Source of the DNA: Mobula hypostoma
Taxonomy: Eukaryota
Direction: 5' to 3'
DNA: 64,000 bases
Assembly (NCBI RefSeq): GCF_963921235.1
Contig: NC_086126.1
Location: 17,732,001 to 17,796,000, forward strand
Shown: positions 36,446-50,399 of the stretch, in pieces
Layout of the letters: each line of letters begins with the position of its first letter
Position numbering within the stretch: the stretch's first letter is position 1
Notes under the pieces: model-generated
The model's database searches: none
What the model was told of the DNA's origin: nothing
Seen by the model: the letters and a program-made list of their open reading frames with translations, nothing else
Translations under genes and position numbers: made by a program

Positions 36446-38345
36446 TTAGAAACATAGAACATAGGTGCAGGAGTAGGCCATTCAAGCCTGCAACACCATT
36501 CAGTATGATCATGGCTGATCATCCAACTCAGAACCCTGTACCTGCCTTCTCTCCATACCCCCTGATCCCTTTAGCCACAAGGGCTGTATCTAACTCTCTC
36601 TTAAATATAGCCAATGCACTAGCCTCAACTGTTTCCTGTGGCAGATAATTCCACAGATTCACCACTCTCTGCGTGAAGAAGTTTTTCCTTGTTTCGGTCT
36701 TAAAAGGCTTCCCCTTTATCGTCAAACTATGACCCCTCGTTCTGGACTTCCCCAACATTGGGAACAATCTTCCTGCATCTAGCCTGTCCAATCCCTTTAG
36801 AATTTAATACGTTTCAATCAGATCCCCCTTCAATCTTCTAAATTCCAGAGAGTACAAACCTAGCCAATCCAGTATTTCATCATATGGAAGTCCTGCCATC
36901 CCAGGAATCAATCTGGTGAACCTTCTTTGTACTCCCTCTATGGCAAGAATGTCTTTCCTCAGATTAGGGGACCAAAACTGCACACAATACTCCAGGTGTG
37001 GTCTCACCAAGGCCTTGTACAACTGCAGTAGTACCTCCCTGCTCCTGTACTCGAATCCTCTTGCTATGAATGCCAGCATACCATTTGCCTTTTTCACTGC
37101 CTGCTGTACCTGCATGCCCACTTTCAATGACTGGTGTACAATGACACCCAGGTCTCGTTGCACCTGTCCTTTTCCTAATCGGCCACCATTCAGATAATAA
37201 TCTGTTTTCTTGTTTTTGCCACCAAAGTGGATAACCTCACATTTATCCACATTAAATTGCATCTGCCATGAATTTGCCCACTCACCTTAACCTATCCAAG
37301 TCACCCTACATCCTCTTAGCATCCTCCTCACAGCTAACACTGCCGACCAGCTTTGTGTCATCCACAAACTTGGAGATGCTGCATTTAATTCTCTCGTCTA
37401 AGTCATTAATATATATTGTAAACAACTGTGGTCCCAGCACTGAGCCTTGCGGTACCCCACTAGTCACTGCCTGCCATTCTGAAAAGGTCCCATTTCTTCC
37501 CACTCTTTGCTTCCTGTCCGCCAGCTAATTCTCTATCCACATCAATACCTTACCCCCAATACCGTGTACTTTAAGTATGCACACTAATCTCCTGTGTGGG
37601 ACCTTGTCAAAAGCCTTTTGAAAATCCGAACATACCACATCCACTGGTTCTCCCCTATCCACTCTACTAGTTACATCCTCAAAAAATCATATGAGATTCA
37701 TCAGACATGATTATCTTTTCACAAATCCATGCTGACTTCGTCCGATGATTTCACTGCTTTCCAAATGTGCTGTTATCACATCTTTGATAAGTGACTCTAG
37801 CATTTTCCCCACCACCGATGTCAAGCTTACCGGTCTATAATTCCCCAGCTTCTCTCTCCCTCCTTTTTTAAAAAGTGGGGTTACATTAGCCACCCTCCAA
37901 TCCTCAGTAACTAATCCAGAATCTAAAAAGTTTTGAAAAATTATCACTAATGCATCCACCATTTCTTGGGCTACTTCCTTAAGCACTCTGGAGGGATGCA
38001 GACCATCTGGCCCTGGGGATTTATCTGCCTTCAATCCCTTCAATTTACCTAACACCACTTCCCTACTAACATGTATTTCCCTCAGTTCCTCCATCTCACT
38101 GGACCCTTTGTCCCCCACTATTTCTGGAAGATTATTTATGTCCTCCTTAGTGAAGACAGAACCAAAGTAGTTATTCAATTGGTCTGCCATGTCCTTGTTC
38201 CCCATGATCAATTCACCTGTTTCTGACTGTAATGGACCTACATTTGTCTTAACCAATCTTTTTCTTTTCACATATCTATAAAAGCTTTTACAGTCAGTTT
38301 TTATGTTCCCTGCCAGCTTTCACTCATAATCTTTTTTCTCTTTCC
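36446..38345 (-). mobile_element. Young CR1 LINE (RT to 3' end); continues at 41313-41496
   Basis: [55 protein letters not shown]. Confidence 0.95.
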
Positions 38346-41312
38346 AGGGCAAGCATTAAAAAGGGCCACTTTTCAACATAATTGTATAAGGGCTAAGAGA
38401 GTTGTAAAAGAGCACCTGAAGGCTTTGTGTGTCAATGCAAGAGCATTTGTAATAAGGTGGATAAATTAAAGTGCAGATTTTTATTAATGATTATGATATA
38501 GTTGGGATCACAGAGACATGGCTCCAGGGTGACCAAGGATGGGAGCTCAACGTTCAGGGATATTCAATATTCAGGAGGGATAGACATGAAGGAAGGGGAG
38601 GTGGGGTGGCGTTGCTGGTTAAAGAAGAGATTAACACAATAGAAAGGAAGGACATAAGTCAGGAAGATGTGGAATCGATATGGGTAGAGCTGCGTAACAC
38701 TAAGGGGCAGAAGACGCTGGTGGGAGTTGTGTACAGGCCACCTAACAGTAGTAGTGAGGTCGGAGATGGTATTAAACAGGAAATTAGAAATGTGTGCAAT
38801 AAAGGAACAGCAGTTATAATGGGTGACTTCAATCTACATGTAGATTGGGTGAACCAAATTGGTAAAGGTACTGAGGAAGAGGATTTCTTGGAATGTAAGC
38901 GGGATGGTTTTTTGAACCAACATGTCGAGGAACCAACTAGAGAGCAGGCTATTCTGGACTGGGTTTTGAGCAATGAGGAAGGGTTAATTAGCAATCTTGT
39001 CGTGAGAGGCCCCTTGGGTAAGAGTGACCATAATATGGTGGAATTCTTCATTAAGATGGAGAGTGACATAGTTAATTCAGAAACAAAGGTTCTGAAGTTA
39101 AAGAGGGGTAACTTTGAAGGTATGAGACGTGAATTAGCTAAGCTAGACTGGCAAATGACACTTAAAGGATTGATGGTGGATATGCAATGGCAAGCATTTA
39201 AAGGTTGCATGGATGAACAACAACAATTGTTCATCCCAGTTTGGCAAAAGAATAAATCAAGGAAGGTAGTGCACCCGTGGCTGACAAGAGAAATTAGGGA
39301 TAGTATCAATTCCAAAGAAGAAGCATACAAATTAGCCAGAGAAAGTGGCTCACCTGAGGACTGGAAGAAATTCAGAGTTCAGCAGAGGAGGACAAAGGGC
39401 TTAATTAGGAAGGGGAAAAAAGATTAGGAGAGAAAACTGGCAGGGAACATAAAAACTGACTGTAAAAGCTTTTATAGATATGTTAAAAGGAAAAGACTAG
39501 TAAAGACAAATGTAGGTCCCCTACAGACAGAAACAGGTGAATTGATTATGGGGAGCAAGGACATGGCAGACCAATTGAATAATTACTTTGGTTCTGTCTT
39601 CACTAAGGAGGACATAAATAATCTTCCAGAAATAGTAGGGGACAGAGGGTCCAGTGAGATGGATGAACTGAGCGAAATACATGTTAGTAGGGAAGTGGTG
39701 TTAGGTAATTTGAAGATATTGAAGGCAGATAAATCCCCAGGGCCAGATGGTCTGCATCCTAGAGTGCTTAAGGAAGTAGCCCAAGAAATAGTGGATGCAT
39801 TAGTGATAATTTTTCAAAACTCGTTAGATTCTGGACTGGTTCCTGAGGATTGGAGGGTGGCTAATGTAACCCCACTTTTTAAAAAAGGAGGGAGAGAGAA
39901 ACCGGGGAATTATAGACCAGTCAGCCTAACGTCGGTGGTGGGGAAACTGCTGGAGTCAGTTATCAAAGATGTGATAACAACACATTTGGAAAGCGGTGAA
40001 GTGATCGGACAAAGTCAGCATGGATTTGTGAAAGGAAAATCATGTCTGACGAATCTCATAGAATTTTTTGAGGATGTAACTAGTAGAGTGGATAGGGGAG
40101 AACCAGTGGATGTGGTATATTTGGATTTTCAAACGGCTTTTGACAAGGTCCCACACAGGAGATTAGTGTGCAAACTTAAAGCACACGGTATTGGGGGTTA
40201 GGTATTGATGTGGATGGAGAATTGGTTTGCAGACAGGAAGCAAAGAGTGGGAATAAATGGGACCTTTTCAGAATGGCAGGTGGTGACTAGTGGGGTACCG
40301 CAAGGCTCAGTGCTGGGACCCCAGTTTACAATATATATTAATGACTTGGATGAGGGAATTAAATGCAGCATCTCCAAGTTTGTGGATGACGCGAAGCTGG
40401 GTGGCAGTGTTAGCAGTGAGGAGGATGCTAAGAGGATGCAGAGTGACTTGGATAGGTTGGGTGAGTGGGCAAATTCATGACAGATGCAGTTTAATGTGGA
40501 TAAATGTGAAGTTATCCACTTTGGTGGCAAAAATAGGAAAACAGATTATTATCTGAATGGTGACCGATTAGGAAAAGGGGAGGTGCAACGAGACCTGGGT
40601 GTCATTATACACCAGTCATTGAAAGTGGGCATGCAGGTACAACAGGCGGTGAAAAAGGCGAATGGTATGCTGGCATTTATAGTGAGAGGATTCGAGTACA
40701 GGAGCAGGGAGGTACTACTGCAGTTGTACAAGGCCTTGGTGAGACCACACCTGGAGTATTGTGTGCAGTTTTAGTCCCCTAATCTGAGGAAAGACATCCT
40801 TGCCATAGAGGGAGTACAAAGAAGGTTCACCAGATTGATTCCTGGGATGGCAGGACTTTCATATGAAGAAAGACTGGATGAACTGGGCTTGTATTCGTTG
40901 GAATTTAGAAGATTGAGGGGGGATCTGATTGAAACGTATAAAATCCTAAAGGGATTGGACAGGCTAGATGCAGGAAGATTATTCCTGATGTTGGGGAAGT
41001 CCAGAACAAGGGGTCACAGTTTGAGGATAAAGGGGAAGCCTTTTAGGACCGAGATTAGGAAAAACTTCTTTACACAGAGAGTGGTGAATCTGTGGAATTC
41101 TCTGCCACAGGAAACAGTTGAGGCCAGTTCATTGGCTATATTTAAGAGGGAGTTAGATATGGCCCTTGTGGCTACGGGGATCAGGGGGTATGGAGGGAAG
41201 GCTGGGGTGGGGTTCTGAGTTGGATGATCAGCCATGATCATAATAAATGGTGGTGCAGGCTCGAAGGGCCGAATGGCCTACTCCTGCACCTATTTTCTAT
41301 GTTTCTATGTTT
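38346..41312 (+). mobile_element. Young CR1 LINE, near-complete ORF2 (APE plus RT) with a few stops
   Basis: ITETWL, VYRPP, MGDFN, SDHN, RT motifs; ttctatgt repeat tail. Confidence 0.95.
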
Positions 41313-41559
41313 CTAATTAAGCCCTTTGTCCTCCTCTGCTGGACTCTGAATTTCTCCCAGTCCTCAGGAGTGCCGCTTTTTCTAGCTAATTTGTATGTTT
41401 CTTCTTTGGAATTGATACTATCCCTAATTTCCCTTGTCAGCCACGGGTGCAATACCTTCCCTGATTTATTCTTTTGCCAAACTGGGATGAACAACTGGTG
41501 TGAATACTTTTCATAGGAACTTTTTATGTAGGGAAAATGATGGTGAACGGGGAGGGTAA

Positions 41560-44500
41560 GAAGTCATGGGTAGGAGTGGCCTCAAGATCCTGAGATGTGG
41601 CCAAAGGCATTCAAGGAAATATTAAATCAAAGAACATACAAAGAGGCAAGGGCTGGTGGTGCACAAGAGAATCAGAGATTTTCTAGGAATCAGTGAAAAG
41701 TTAAAAGTAACAAGGATCACGCAGAGAAGTTAACTCAATAATTTGCATTAGTGTGCACAGTGGGACACAGCAAACATCCCACAGATATCTAACAGTGACA
41801 TTTCAACATTGTGCCATAATGTGTAACGATCGCCATCACAAGGGAGAAACTAATGGGACCAAAAGCAAACTTTACCAGGTCCCAACGACCTGCACTGGAG
41901 GTTTCACAGGAAGTCTGGAGAGAAAGTAGAGACACTGAAGTTTGTCAAAACTCACTGTTACAGAAAGGTCCCAGTGGAGTTGAAAACCATTGTTGAAGAA
42001 GGGTGGAAGATAAAATGCAGGTAACTGTAGTCCTGTTAACTTCACTTTAGGTACTGGAGTCTATAATCTATGATGAAATAACAGATCATTTGGAAAAGTT
42101 TAATGTCAACAGGGTCTACAGTCAGATTCACACAGATTCCTCGATGACCAAAGTTCCCCTCTGAGCTCGTGGTCTGTAACTCCCTCACCACCACATTATG
42201 AACAAGGCTATCCTCCTCCTTGTCCCATTTCTCTGCATCTCCCATATACTTCAAAACCTTTCCTTTCCATCTACCTGTCCAAGTACCTTTTTAATGTACC
42301 TGACTCAACCACTCCCCCTCGCAGCTCATTCCATTTACTGACCAGCCTCCAGGTCCCTGATGATTTTATACACCTCTGCAATATCAGCACTCATTCTCCA
42401 ACGTTCCAGGGAAAATTGTCCGAAACACCTTTCCACAAATCCTTTGAGATCCAGTAAAATCCCCGTAAATCTCCTCTGCACTCTCTCCAGCTTAATGGTG
42501 TCTGTCATACAGCAGTGTCACTAAAACTAAACACTATTTGCGAAATGTGGCCAAACCAACGTGTTGGACAACTGCAACATCTCATCCCAGCTTCTATATT
42601 CGGTGCCCTGACTGAAGGCCAGTGTTCCAAAAGCCTCTTCACCACCCTGTCCATCTGGAACCTGGTCTTGGACCCTGTAACTGGGTTGAATGTTAAGTCA
42701 TGTTTGACAAACATTCCAGAGATTTGAGAGTTTACAGTGGAAGTTGGAGAAGTGGTGTTTTTGGATTTTCAGGAGCCATTTGCCAAGGTGCCACATGTAA
42801 GGCTGGTGCACAAGACGAGAGCTCAGTACTGGGAAGGAAGTGTGTTAATACTGACTGAAGACTGGTTATCATACTGAGACAGAATAACAGGTCTGTTTCA
42901 GACTGGGATGATATAACTAGTGGAGTGTCCCAGCGACCAGTTCTGGATTGTCAATGATTTATTATTGATATTAATGACCCGGAGGAGGGGCAGAGAGTGA
43001 GGAATCCACGGTGGAAATGATGGGGAATGTGGTGGGGGACATGTTGTGTTTGGACATTTCATCTCTCCAACGGGACGTGGGGAAGCTGGTGAGTAGAATA
43101 CTTGGTAAATGGAGTTTAATGTGGTGAGGTGTGATGGCATGTAGAGTGGTAGGAGGAATCAAAAGTCAAACTATTATTTATGTGGAGATAAATTGTAAAT
43201 GAGAGAAATAGAGAGGGGTCGAGGTGCTGAACTACACAACAAAATAGAGACGGGAGCAGTGAGTGGTTCATAAAACCATATATGACCAAGGTTCAGAGGT
43301 GAATGGTTCATTGACATTTACTGCTGGGGTGTTGGTGCAGAGAAACAGAGGAGTGTTGTTACTGTGACAGACAAGTGCACAATGATGGACTTTGGGAAGT
43401 TAAAGCAGGTCAGGACGTACCCAGTGAATGGAGGGTCCTGAGGAGTGTTGATGAAAGAGAAACCTGGGGCACAGGTACGTAACTCCCTGAAAGTGCCAAC
43501 ACAGGTAGACAAGGTGGTGAAGAAGGAACACGACATGCTTGTCTTCATCAGCAAAGGCTCTGAGAGGAGTTGGGTCATCACATTACAGTTGTACAAATGA
43601 ATAATGACACCACACCAGGAGTACCCTGTGCAGTTCTGGTCACATGAGAGGAAGGATGTGATTAAGCTGGAAAGGTGCAGAAATAATTTACAGGAATGTT
43701 ACCTGCACTGGGGGCTTGAGTTACAAGGAAAGATCAGACCGACTGGGACTGTTTTCCCTGGAGTGAAGGAGACTGAGGAGAGACCTGACTGAAGTTTATA
43801 AAACTATGACAGGTGTAAACAAGGTAAACAGGCAGGATCATTTTGCCAGGGTAGAAATATCAAATATGAGAAGGCACAGCTTTAAAATGCCAGATTGAGA
43901 ATTTAAAGGTGGGCATTAGGGCAGGTAAGATTTCTGTTTCTGTACAGAGAGTGGTGAGGGCTTCCACGAATGCTGCCCGACCTGCTGAGTTCCTCCAGCG
44001 TGTTGTGCCTGTTGCTTTGACCCCAGCATCTGCAGAGTATTTTGTATTTACAGAGATCAAGCTGACAGAAGGGCAAGATTGGTAGCAAAACATTCCAGGA
44101 TTCAGATGATTCAGACGGTCCAGAGGGAGGTGAATGAGGTTGGGGATCTGTACTGCTGATCAGGCAGAATGTCACAAGGTCGAGGTCACCCCGGAGGCTC
44201 TTCCAGTAAGACAATGTGGGTAGAGTTCAGGAATAAGAAAGGTGCAATCACCGTGATGGGATTATACTGTAGGCCTCACAATCGTCAGTAAGAGAGGAAC
44301 AGGTATGTCGGCAGGTTATGGACTGATGTAAAAACTACAGAGTAGATTTGGTGAGTGAATATTCTCCCCAGAGTAACTGGGACTCCGTTACACCCTGAGG
44401 CTTGGATGTGGCATTATTTGTATTCAGGAAGGTTTCCTGAAACAATATGTGGTCCACCAGGGAGAGGGACATTCTTGACTTCACCTTGGGAAATATGGGA

Positions 44501-44660
44501 CTCAGCAGAGTGGTGGCAGGAACAACCGGTGTTCAAAGAGGAATTAGATAGGTCCTTCAGGGGAAATGACCTGCAGTGCTGTGGGGACAGAGTGGGGAAT
44601 GGGATTGTGGAAATGTTGTAGCAGGAGTTGGTATAAACTTAATGGGTCAAATAGTCTCGA
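41560..44660. mobile_element. Mosaic of old CR1 fragments on both strands, with a short PLE tail at about 43970-44040
   Basis: Scattered RT and APE motifs; gctgagttcctccagc...ccagcatctgcaga. Confidence 0.65.
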
Positions 44661-44959
44661 CGATCACAGAATGATTCTCGGCCCAATAATAGTCTGAAAA
44701 AAATTATTCTGGTCGCCAGTGAATCTTCCAAGCTCCAGGGTGGACAAGATCAATTGTGTAATAAGGACACACTTCTGTTGAAACACTGACACTGTATACC
44801 AAACCCACTGAGCTGCCAGAGCACAGCACCGGCCAGTGAGGACACAGACCAGTACAACACCCGGCTCTCTACTACAAAGTTCAAAGCTGAAAGTAAATGT
44901 ATTATCAAAATACATTTCTGTCACCATATACAACCCTGAGATTAGTTTTCTTGTGGGCA

Positions 44960-47900
44960 TACTGCTGGTTTGTTAGAGCAGTTGGGGAGGGTTTAAACTA
45001 ATTTGTCAGGGGCATGGGAACAGGCGTGAAAGGACTCAGGATAGGACAGATGGTAAAAAAGCAAAGATCACATACAGTCACACTGTCAGGAAGGGCAGGC
45101 AGATGACAGGACATAACTGCAGCCAGCAGGGTGAGTATCAGCGCATGAGGGATGCAGAATGAAGAAGGGTAGCAAATGCAGAACTCAAACTGTTATATCT
45201 GAATACACGGAGTGTAAGAAATAAGGTGGATAATCTTATTGCCCTATTACAGATTGTCATGTTTAATGATGTGACTAACTCTGAATCATGGCTGAAGAAT
45301 GTTTGTAGTTGGGAGCTAAGTGCCCAAGGTTACACGTATCAGAGGGACAGGAAGGTAGACAATGGGGATGGCATGGCTCTGCTGGTAAAGAATGTTAACA
45401 AATCAGTAGAAAGATGTGACACAGGATCGGAAGATGTTGAATCCTTGTGAGTTGAGTTTAAAAACTGCAAGTGTAAAAAAGACGTTGATGGTAGTTGTTT
45501 ACAGGCCTCCCAACAGTTTCTGGGATGTGGACCACAGATTACAACAGGAAATAGAAAAGGCAGGTCAAAAGGGCAATGTTGTGGTAGATTTCATCAGAGT
45601 CATGGGAGATTTTAACATGCAGGTCGATTGGGAAAATCAGGTTGGAAATAGATCTCGAGAGAGTGAGTTTGGTGAATGCTGAACAGATGGCTTTTTAGAG
45701 CAGTTTGTCATTGAGCCTGCGAGGGGATCAGCTATACTGGATTGTGTGTTATTGAATAAACTGGAGGTGATTAGGGAGCTGAAGGTAAAAGAACCCTGAG
45801 GAGGCAGTGATCTCAGTATCATTGAGTTCAGCTTGAAATTGGACAGGGAGAAAGGACAGTCTGACACAGCAGTGTTTCAGTGGAGTTAAGGTAGTTACAG
45901 TGGTTTGAGAGAGGAGTTGGCTAAAATAAGTTGGAAGGAGATGCTGGCAGGGATGACAGCAGAGCAGCAACAGTTTCTGGGGAGAATGAGGGAGGTGCAG
46001 AATGAATGTATTCCAAAAACAAATAAATACTCAAATGGCAAAATAGTACAACCGTGGCTGACAAGGAAATCAAAGCTAATGTAAAACCAAAAGTAAGGCC
46101 TTTGACAAGGTCCCGCATGGGAGGTTAGTTAGGAAAATTCAGTCGCTAGGTATACATGGAGAGGTGGTAAATTGGATTAGACATTGGCTCAATGGAAGAA
46201 GCCAAAGAGTGATAGTAGAGAATTGCTTCTCTGAGTGGAGGCCTGTGACTAGTGGTGTGTCACAGGGATCAGTGCTGGGTCCATTGTTATTTGTCATCTA
46301 TATCAATGATCTGGATGATAATGTGGTAAATTGGATCAGCAAATTTGCTGATGATACAAAGATTGGAGGTGTGGTAGACAGTGAGGAAGATTTTCAGAGC
46401 CTGCAGAGGGACTTGGACCAGCTGGAAAAATGGGCTGAAAAATGGCAGATGTAGTTTAATACAGACAAGTGTGAGGTATTGCACGTTGGAAGGACAAACC
46501 AAGGTAGAACATACAGGGTTAATGGTAAGGCACTGAGGAGTGCAGTAGAACAGAGGGATCTGGGAATAGAGATACAAAATTCCCTAAAAGTGGCGTCACA
46601 GGTAGATAGGGTCGTAAAGAGAGCTTTTGGTAAATTGGCCTTTATTAATCAAAGTATTGAGTATAAGATCTGGAAAGTTATGATGAGGTTGTATAAGGCA
46701 TTGGTGAGGCTGAATCTGGAGTATTGTGTTCAGTTTTGGTCACCAAATTACAGGAAGGATATAAATAAGGTTGAAAGAGTGCAGAGAAGGTTTACAAGGA
46801 TGTTGCCAGGACTTGAGAAACTCAGTTACAGAGAAAGGTTGAATAGGTTTAACTTTATTCCCCGGAGCATAGAAGAATGAGGGGAGATTTGATAGAGGTA
46901 TATAAAATTATGATGGGTATAGATAGAGAGAATGCAAGTAGGCTTTTTCCACTGAGGCAAGGGGAGAAAAAAACCAGAGGACATGGGTTAAGGGTGAGGG
47001 GGGAAAAGTTTAAAGGGAACATTAGGGGGGGCTTCTTCACACAGAGAGTGGTGGGAGTATGGAACGAGCTGCCAGATGAGGTCGTAAATGCAGGTTCTTT
47101 TTTAACATTGTAGAATAAATTGGACAGATACATGGATGGGAGGTGTATGGAGGGATATGGTCCGTGTGCAGGTCAGTGGGACTAGGCAGAAAATGGTTCG
47201 GCACAGCCAAGAAGGGCCAAAAGGCCTGTTTCTGTGCTGTAGTTTCTGTGGTTTCTATGGTATGGAAGGCATATAACAAAGCAAGGCAGCAGAAAGGGAA
47301 TTATAGACCAGTTAGCCTGACCTCAGTGGTTGGTAAGATATTGGAGTCAATTATTAAGGAGTATTGGAAACACAGGACAAGAAAGGACAAAGTCAGCACA
47401 GTTTCCTTAAGGGAAAGTCTTGCCTGATGAACCCGCTGGAATAGTTTGAAGAGATTACACGCAGGATGGATTAAGGGGATGCACTGATGTCATATATTTG
47501 GACTTTCAAAAGGCTTTCTTTGACAAGGTGCCACAAATCATCCTGGCAATAAAAGGATTAATGCACCAGGGTGACCACTAGAAGTGGGAATAGTGCTGAG
47601 ATGGACAGACCCAGAGTTTCCAGGATGCTGAGACCAGAGATTCATTGAGTTGGTCAAACCTGAGGTCAGGCTGCAAATAGTTTGGTGACTACCACGACTG
47701 GAAAGGGGAAGAGACAGACAGTGCAATGTCTCCTTGTGGCCGTGACCCTCAGCAACAAGTACACTCCTTTGGATACCCCTGGGAGGATGACAAACCAGAG
47801 AACAGCAGCCTGTCATGTCAGTGATACTGCCACCCCAGTCCGATGCTCCGCGGGAGGAAAGATCAATCACAGCAGTGATGACAACAGACTCACAGTACAG

Positions 47901-48440
47901 GGGATGTGCAGGAGATTTTGTGGCAGCAAGATAGATGCCACGGTGGTGTGTCCCCTCCTGGGTGCTGGGGTCAGGCACATCGCAGATGTGCAGGATTTCC
48001 TAATTATAAACTTGACAGTTGATTTGGTGGTAAGGAAATCAAATTCAACGTCAGCATTCATTTCAAGAAGACTACAACACAAAAGCAAGGATGTAATGCT
48101 CAGACTTTATCAGGCATTGGTCCGATCACACTTGGAGTATTGTGAATTGTTTTGGGCCCCTTATCTAAAAAGGTATGTGTTCACATAGGAGAGGGTCCAG
48201 AGGAGGTTCACAAGAATGATCCTGGCAATAAAAGGGTTAATGCACGAGGATTGTTTGCTGGCTCTGGGCCTGTACTCGCTAGACTTTAGAAGAATGAGGG
48301 AATCTCATTGAAACCTATCAAAAATAGAAAGACCTACAATGGAGTGGGGAGGATGTTTCCGATAGCGGGGCAGTCTGGGATCACAGGGCACAGTCTCAGA
48401 ATACTAGGACATCCTGTTAGAACAAAGATCAGGAATAATT
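44960..48440 (+). mobile_element. Older CR1 interrupted by a younger CR1 3' half (46096-47260)
   Basis: APE motifs 45180-45850; younger copy SGVSQGSVLGPLLFVIYINDLD, KFADDTKIGG with tail. Confidence 0.85.
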
Positions 48441-48449
48441 TCCATACCA

Positions 48450-49960
48450 AGGGGTCGTGCATCTGCACAGCCTGTGTCAGGGTGTTGTTCATTGACTATA
48501 GCTCAGTGTTTAACACCATCAATCCCACAGTCCTGATTAATAAGCTGCAGAACCTGGTCTCTCTGCAACTCGATCCTCGCCTTCCTAACCGGGAGACCAC
48601 AATCTGTGCGGATTAATGGAGACGGGCTAACCCCTATTGACATCAATGGATCTGGGGTTGAGACGGTAAACAGCTTTAAGTTCCTCAGCATCAGCATACC
48701 CGAGGATCTCACGCAGTCTGCACACACCAGCTGAGTGGTGAAAAAGGCACAACAGCGCCGCTTTCACCTCAGACGGGTGAGGAAGTTTGCTACGGGCCCC
48801 CAAATCCTTAGAACTTCCTACAGGGGCAAAATTGAGAACATCCTGAATGGCTGCATCACTGCCTGGTATGGGAACTGCATCTCTGTTAATCGCAGGACTC
48901 TGCAGAGAGTGGTGCAGACAGCCCAGCGCATCTGTAGTTGTGAACTTCCCATGACTGAGGACACTTACAACAAAAGGTGTGAGAAAAGGGCCTGAAGGAT
49001 CATCGGGGACCTGAGTCACCCCAACCACAATCTATTCCAGCTGCAACCATCCGGGAAATGGTACCGCAGCATAAAAGCCAGGACACACAGGCTCCAGCTC
49101 AGCTTCTTCCACCAGGCCATCAGACTGATTAACTCACACTGATTTGAGTGTATTTCTATGTTACATTGGCTGTTCTATTTATTATAAATTAATATAAATT
49201 ACTATGATTGTAAATTGCACATTTACACAGAGATGTAACAAAGATTTTTACTCCTGATGTACATGAAGGATACAAGAAATAAAGTCAATTCAAATTCAGA
49301 TTAATATCTCCTCCTTGCTGACGATCAACACTGACACCACAAACCTCAGGGACTGTGCTTAGCCGACTGCTCCACTCCCCCTCTACCCATGACTGTGTGA
49401 CTACGCATAGCTCAAAAGCCATCCATAAATATGGTGGATACCACCATTGCTGGTACAATCTCAGACGGAGAGGAGAGGACTTACAGGAGCAAGATATACC
49501 AGCTAGTTGAGTGGTGTCGCAGCAACAACCTTGTGCTTAATGTCAGTGCAACAAAAGAGCTGATTGATCAGGGAACACAAACCAATCCTCAGAGAGGGAT
49601 CAGAGGTGGAGAGAGTGAACAATTTCAAGTTCCTGGATATCAGTATCTCTGAGCATCTAACCTGGTCCCAACATATCGATGCAGCTACAGTATAAAGAAG
49701 GGAAGACAGCGGATATATTTCTTCAGGAGTTTGAAGATATTTGATTTCTCAATTTAAAACAGACAAAACTGCTATAGATGTATTCTATATATGTTATTTC
49801 TGTTTTTGCACAGTTTTCAATCTACATAATAAACATATCCATACACACACATACTGTAATTTATTTATTCTTTCTATATTATCATGTACAGCATTGAACT
49901 GCTGTTGCTACATTAACAAATTTCATGACACATACCGGTGGTAATAAACCTGATTCTGGT
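48450..49960 (+). mobile_element. Rex1/Babar fragments, nested (inner 48618-49298, flanks gattaat)
   Basis: VRVLFIDYSSVFNTI, KKAQQRRFHLRR, ILNGCITAWYG. Confidence 0.8.
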
Positions 49961-50399
49961 TCTGACTCTGAATTCATCCCCACAGACGGCTGTGGCCAAT
50001 TCACTGGGTATATTTAATGTGGATGTTGTTGATTGTGGGTGGGATGGGAGGGGGGTTTGAGAGGGATAAGGATCAGTGATGGTCTCCCGAATGAGCTGCC
50101 AGAGGAGGTGGTGGAGGCAGAAACACACAAAGTCTCTGTTCATGAACACTTCTCAGGAACCTGTCATTCACCGTGTACGTCCTGCCCTGGTTAAACTTCC
50201 CGGTGCTGGGTCCATTGTTGTTTTCCATCTGTATTAACGATCTGGATGAGAATGTGGTGAACTGGATCAGCAAGTTTGCAGATAACACCAAGATTAGGGG
50301 TGCAGTGGACAGCAAGAAAGGCTAGCAAATACTGACATGGGACGTTGTCCAGCTGTTAAAATGGCAGATGGAATTTAATGCCAACAATTATGAGGTGTG

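Larger units (their letters stand above)
33423..41522 (-). mobile_element. Tc1 DNA transposon (defective) whose right TIR is split by Rex1 and CR1 insertions
   Basis: TA-cagtgcctataaaa left end; transposase pieces WKKILWSDENKI, KYGGGCIILW, FQQDNDRKH, SPDLNPIENLW (about 33640-34650); TIR pieces at 34800-34853, 36331-36445 and 41497-41522. Confidence 0.85.

Noticed and set aside
38346-41312. Active autonomous CR1
   Set aside because: No ORF1 and in-frame stops at about 39425, 40199, 40478 and 40772
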